Assembly (NCBI GenBank): GCA_001687465.1
Contig: LVLI01000251.1
Span: 1 to 64,000, forward strand
From: Halocafeteria seosinensis
Taxonomy: Eukaryota
Direction: 5' to 3'
Length of the DNA: 64,000 bases
How positions within the stretch are numbered: position 1 is the stretch's first letter; every line of letters starts with the position of its first letter. A program made the position numbers and the translations under genes. Under the pieces are notes generated by a model, which did not search any database, was not told where the DNA came from, and saw only the letters and a program-made list of their open reading frames with translations. Shown in pieces: positions 61,422 to 64,000 of the stretch.

Positions 61422-61979
61422 TTCCACACAGTACACTACACGCCCCCAAGCTTCTGTCCGTCCTTAGAGACTATGATATTGAAATGGGCACAGTACTCCA
61501 GAGAACGAACGACTGCAATGTTCTGTGGACACTGTAGTCAAGAGAGCTGACTTCACACTGGCGAAGGCACGTTCCAGCTTCGAAACGAACGCACGCGGTA
61601 TTCCGCAGTTTCGTCTTTGTTCCTACGTCTTGCATGGTCTTCGCAGATGTTGCATGTGTTTGATTGATTGATATATTTTGGTTTTTTTTTTGTGTGTGAA
61701 ATACGTGGTAGTAAAAGTGTGCTTGTACACCTGCCGCACGGGCGTAAGTGGAGTCGGTCCTCATGAAACTCATCTTGTTCTTCCGTGGAACACTGTATGT
61801 TGTTTCAAGCTGATGGAAGTGCTACAGTAGGGGAAGAATTAAGAGTGCATACGATCGTCGTTCCTCCCTGCTTAGAGAGGGTAGGAAATGGGACAACACA
61901 GCAAGTGGAGGTGCTCGAGACCCAGGCGCAGAACGCCCCGAACGAATGGACAAGCAAGCAGAGGGCTACACGACATTGG

Positions 61980-63900
61980 ATGAAGAGACTGCCTACGTTC
62001 CCCACACCTTTGTTTATCATATTGTTTCTGGTTAGGATCAGCAGCATGCTGAATAGCTTTGACGGGAATTTCAACTGTCTCAGTGGCGAGTAGGGATGCA
62101 ATACAGTTTGCCGTGACTGCCCCGTACGTACGATGAAAAGCCCTTTTTACCCCGATAGGACACCATACCCCTAACCTGGCCCCAGGCTGGAAAGTTTAGC
62201 TACAATTCAGGCGCTACGTCTTGCAGCACTTGCCCCGGTAAGTTGCGCTCCAATACCGGTACCACCCCCATACGATTTGCGCTCCGCATGTTTTGCCATC
62301 TCTTCGGAATCTGTTTCACACCCTGTGTCTTTTTTTCCGTTTTCAGGCAGACAAACAAGCTCAACTGGCTCTAAGCAATGTAGTTCCTGCGATCCAGGAA
62401 AAATATAGCGGGAGTGACAAAACCAGATGCACGGTCTGAGCTAGTAAGCCTATCATTCATTACATTGGGAATTTCTAAGGAAATTGAAAAGCCTACCTGC
62501 TCATTTCAGGTGGAGAAGTGTCGTTGTTTGACGGATCATCATCTTGTCATGCATGTAGTGCTGTCCGATATGCCACATCCGGACACACTTCGTGTAAAGG
62601 CTGCCGAAGTAAGGCAAACAAGTCAAGCGTTTCAAATTCTGCAGCTATGCATTAACGACGTCAGGTGGAGAAACGAGCTCTTACAAATCTCAAGGCTCTA
62701 GCGCTTGCAGTAGTGTCCCGTGGGGAAAGTGCCCAACGATCAGCAAAACGGGTGCACCTCCATCTCCTGTATCTGCAATGGTTAGTGACATCAGCCATAA
62801 ATCGACGGGACTTCTTAAGCTACCAGTAACGCTGTCTCTTCCCACAGCTGGAGAGTATACGAGCGGAAATCAATGTGCTTCGTGTCCAAGTAACGTCATT
62901 AAGTGCTTGTGGTCTTCAATTGTACAGACGTATGCATCTTCGTTGATCTGAGGTACAGATGGCAAAACAAGCTCCAGTGGAACAAGCAGCAGTTTCGACT
63001 GTTACGATTGCCCAGCGGGTCGTTACGCTAGCATAGACCAGAGCAGTTGTAAGGATTGCCCACGTGCGTAATGCTTCCTCTAGGATTGCCATCCAGGAAT
63101 AAGGTGGTGGTCAACCCTGTTGATTTGCTGCAGACGAAGTCAGTATCTGAGACTCAGGGGCAGAAAGGTGCATCGAATACCCTTCGGACAAGTATACTAA
63201 TAACCAAAATTGTGGGTGTGAGAATTGCGCAGGTAAAGCATTGTCTCTGCAACTACCCCATATGCACTAGCTAGCATAACTTATCGTTTGTGTGCACAGC
63301 TGGAGAGGCGAGCTCTCAAGGTTCTGAGGAGTGCAGTGGTTGTGCACCGGGGAAGTATCCACGGCCCTCAAAGTGGATGCAACAGCTGTCCAATGTAAGC
63401 ACTCTCGTTACCCCAGTCGCTATTGGGTGCTTCTTTGACAGGCTGACCGCCTTGTTTGACAGCGGGAAAAATGGGTAGGTTCTCATGCTCTAATTGTGAT
63501 TCCTGTCCAACTGGGCAGTACAGCAGTAGACAACCCAGATTGATTCGCTTGCAACAGCACACCGGATGGTGGCGTACTTGGCACTCATTGCAAGATGCAC
63601 AGGTGGACAAACAAGCTCTCCTGTTCTACGGAATCTGGCTGCCAAGGCTGCCCCGCTGAAACGGGAGAGTGCTTTGTGTGTCCTGCCGGAGAGCACCAAA
63701 CAGGGGAGACTGAATGTAGCAAATGTTTGTCTGGTTACACCTCATCGTATGGCTCTGCATAACGTTATCTATGTCCTCCAGGCAGATACGAACGGGGTGA
63801 TAGGACTGTAAGCGTCAGCTGCAGCAGTATTGATCATCAGTGCGCTGCAGTGTCAACTGGTAACGGCAGACGCGTTATCATCCTCCGGAAAACGCAGCAA
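61980..63900 (+). CDS. Cys-rich repeat (GCC2/GCC3 or ephrin-receptor-like CxxCxxG) surface protein, many short exons, possibly degenerate
   Basis: Signal-like start MKRLPTFPTPLFIILFLV and dispersed modules CSTCP, CSSCDPGKYS, CYDCPAGRYA, CSGCAPGKYP and CDSCPTGQYS between GT-AG introns. The structure is not fully resolved. Confidence 0.55.
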
Positions 63901-64000
63901 CGACGGGGAAGCAGCTAATCTCAGATCCCGCGACCTACTAGTGTGTCAGAACTACTCAGTTTGTCTTCCATGTGGCTGCCAGAGGAGCGGTTTCATAGCA

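Overview
This is eukaryotic genomic DNA, probably from a flagellated protist: it has short GT-AG introns, PRORP and the dynein-attachment factor CCDC103. The assembly is draft quality, with two N bases and several 1-nt homopolymer frameshifts. The left end holds a giant secreted PA14-LamG-LamG-TSP1-vWD-mucin protein gene, CCDC103 and PRORP. The 11-36 kb region is rearranged. It carries three paralogous C2H2-finger genes and a diverged ~3.8 kb segmental duplication with two WrbA-type quinone reductase genes. Between the two duplicate copies lies a ~6 kb island. The island contains a repeat-rich PD-(D/E)xK nuclease-like gene, and a duplicated exon of that gene brackets an AT-rich, intronless cassette. 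The cassette holds a truncated Polinton-type rve integrase head-to-head with a tyrosine recombinase, probably a relic of a Polinton-like virus or virophage. The right half holds small paralog arrays: three type-I membrane proteins with a shared C-terminal motif, two head-to-head FAM20/Four-jointed-like kinases, and three multi-pass membrane plus split-PAS proteins with no output domain. It also has a GIY-YIG/zinc-knuckle gene, a Sel1-CaaX gene, a glycosyltransferase and a Cys-rich repeat gene. All family calls come from motif recognition by eye; no database searches were run.
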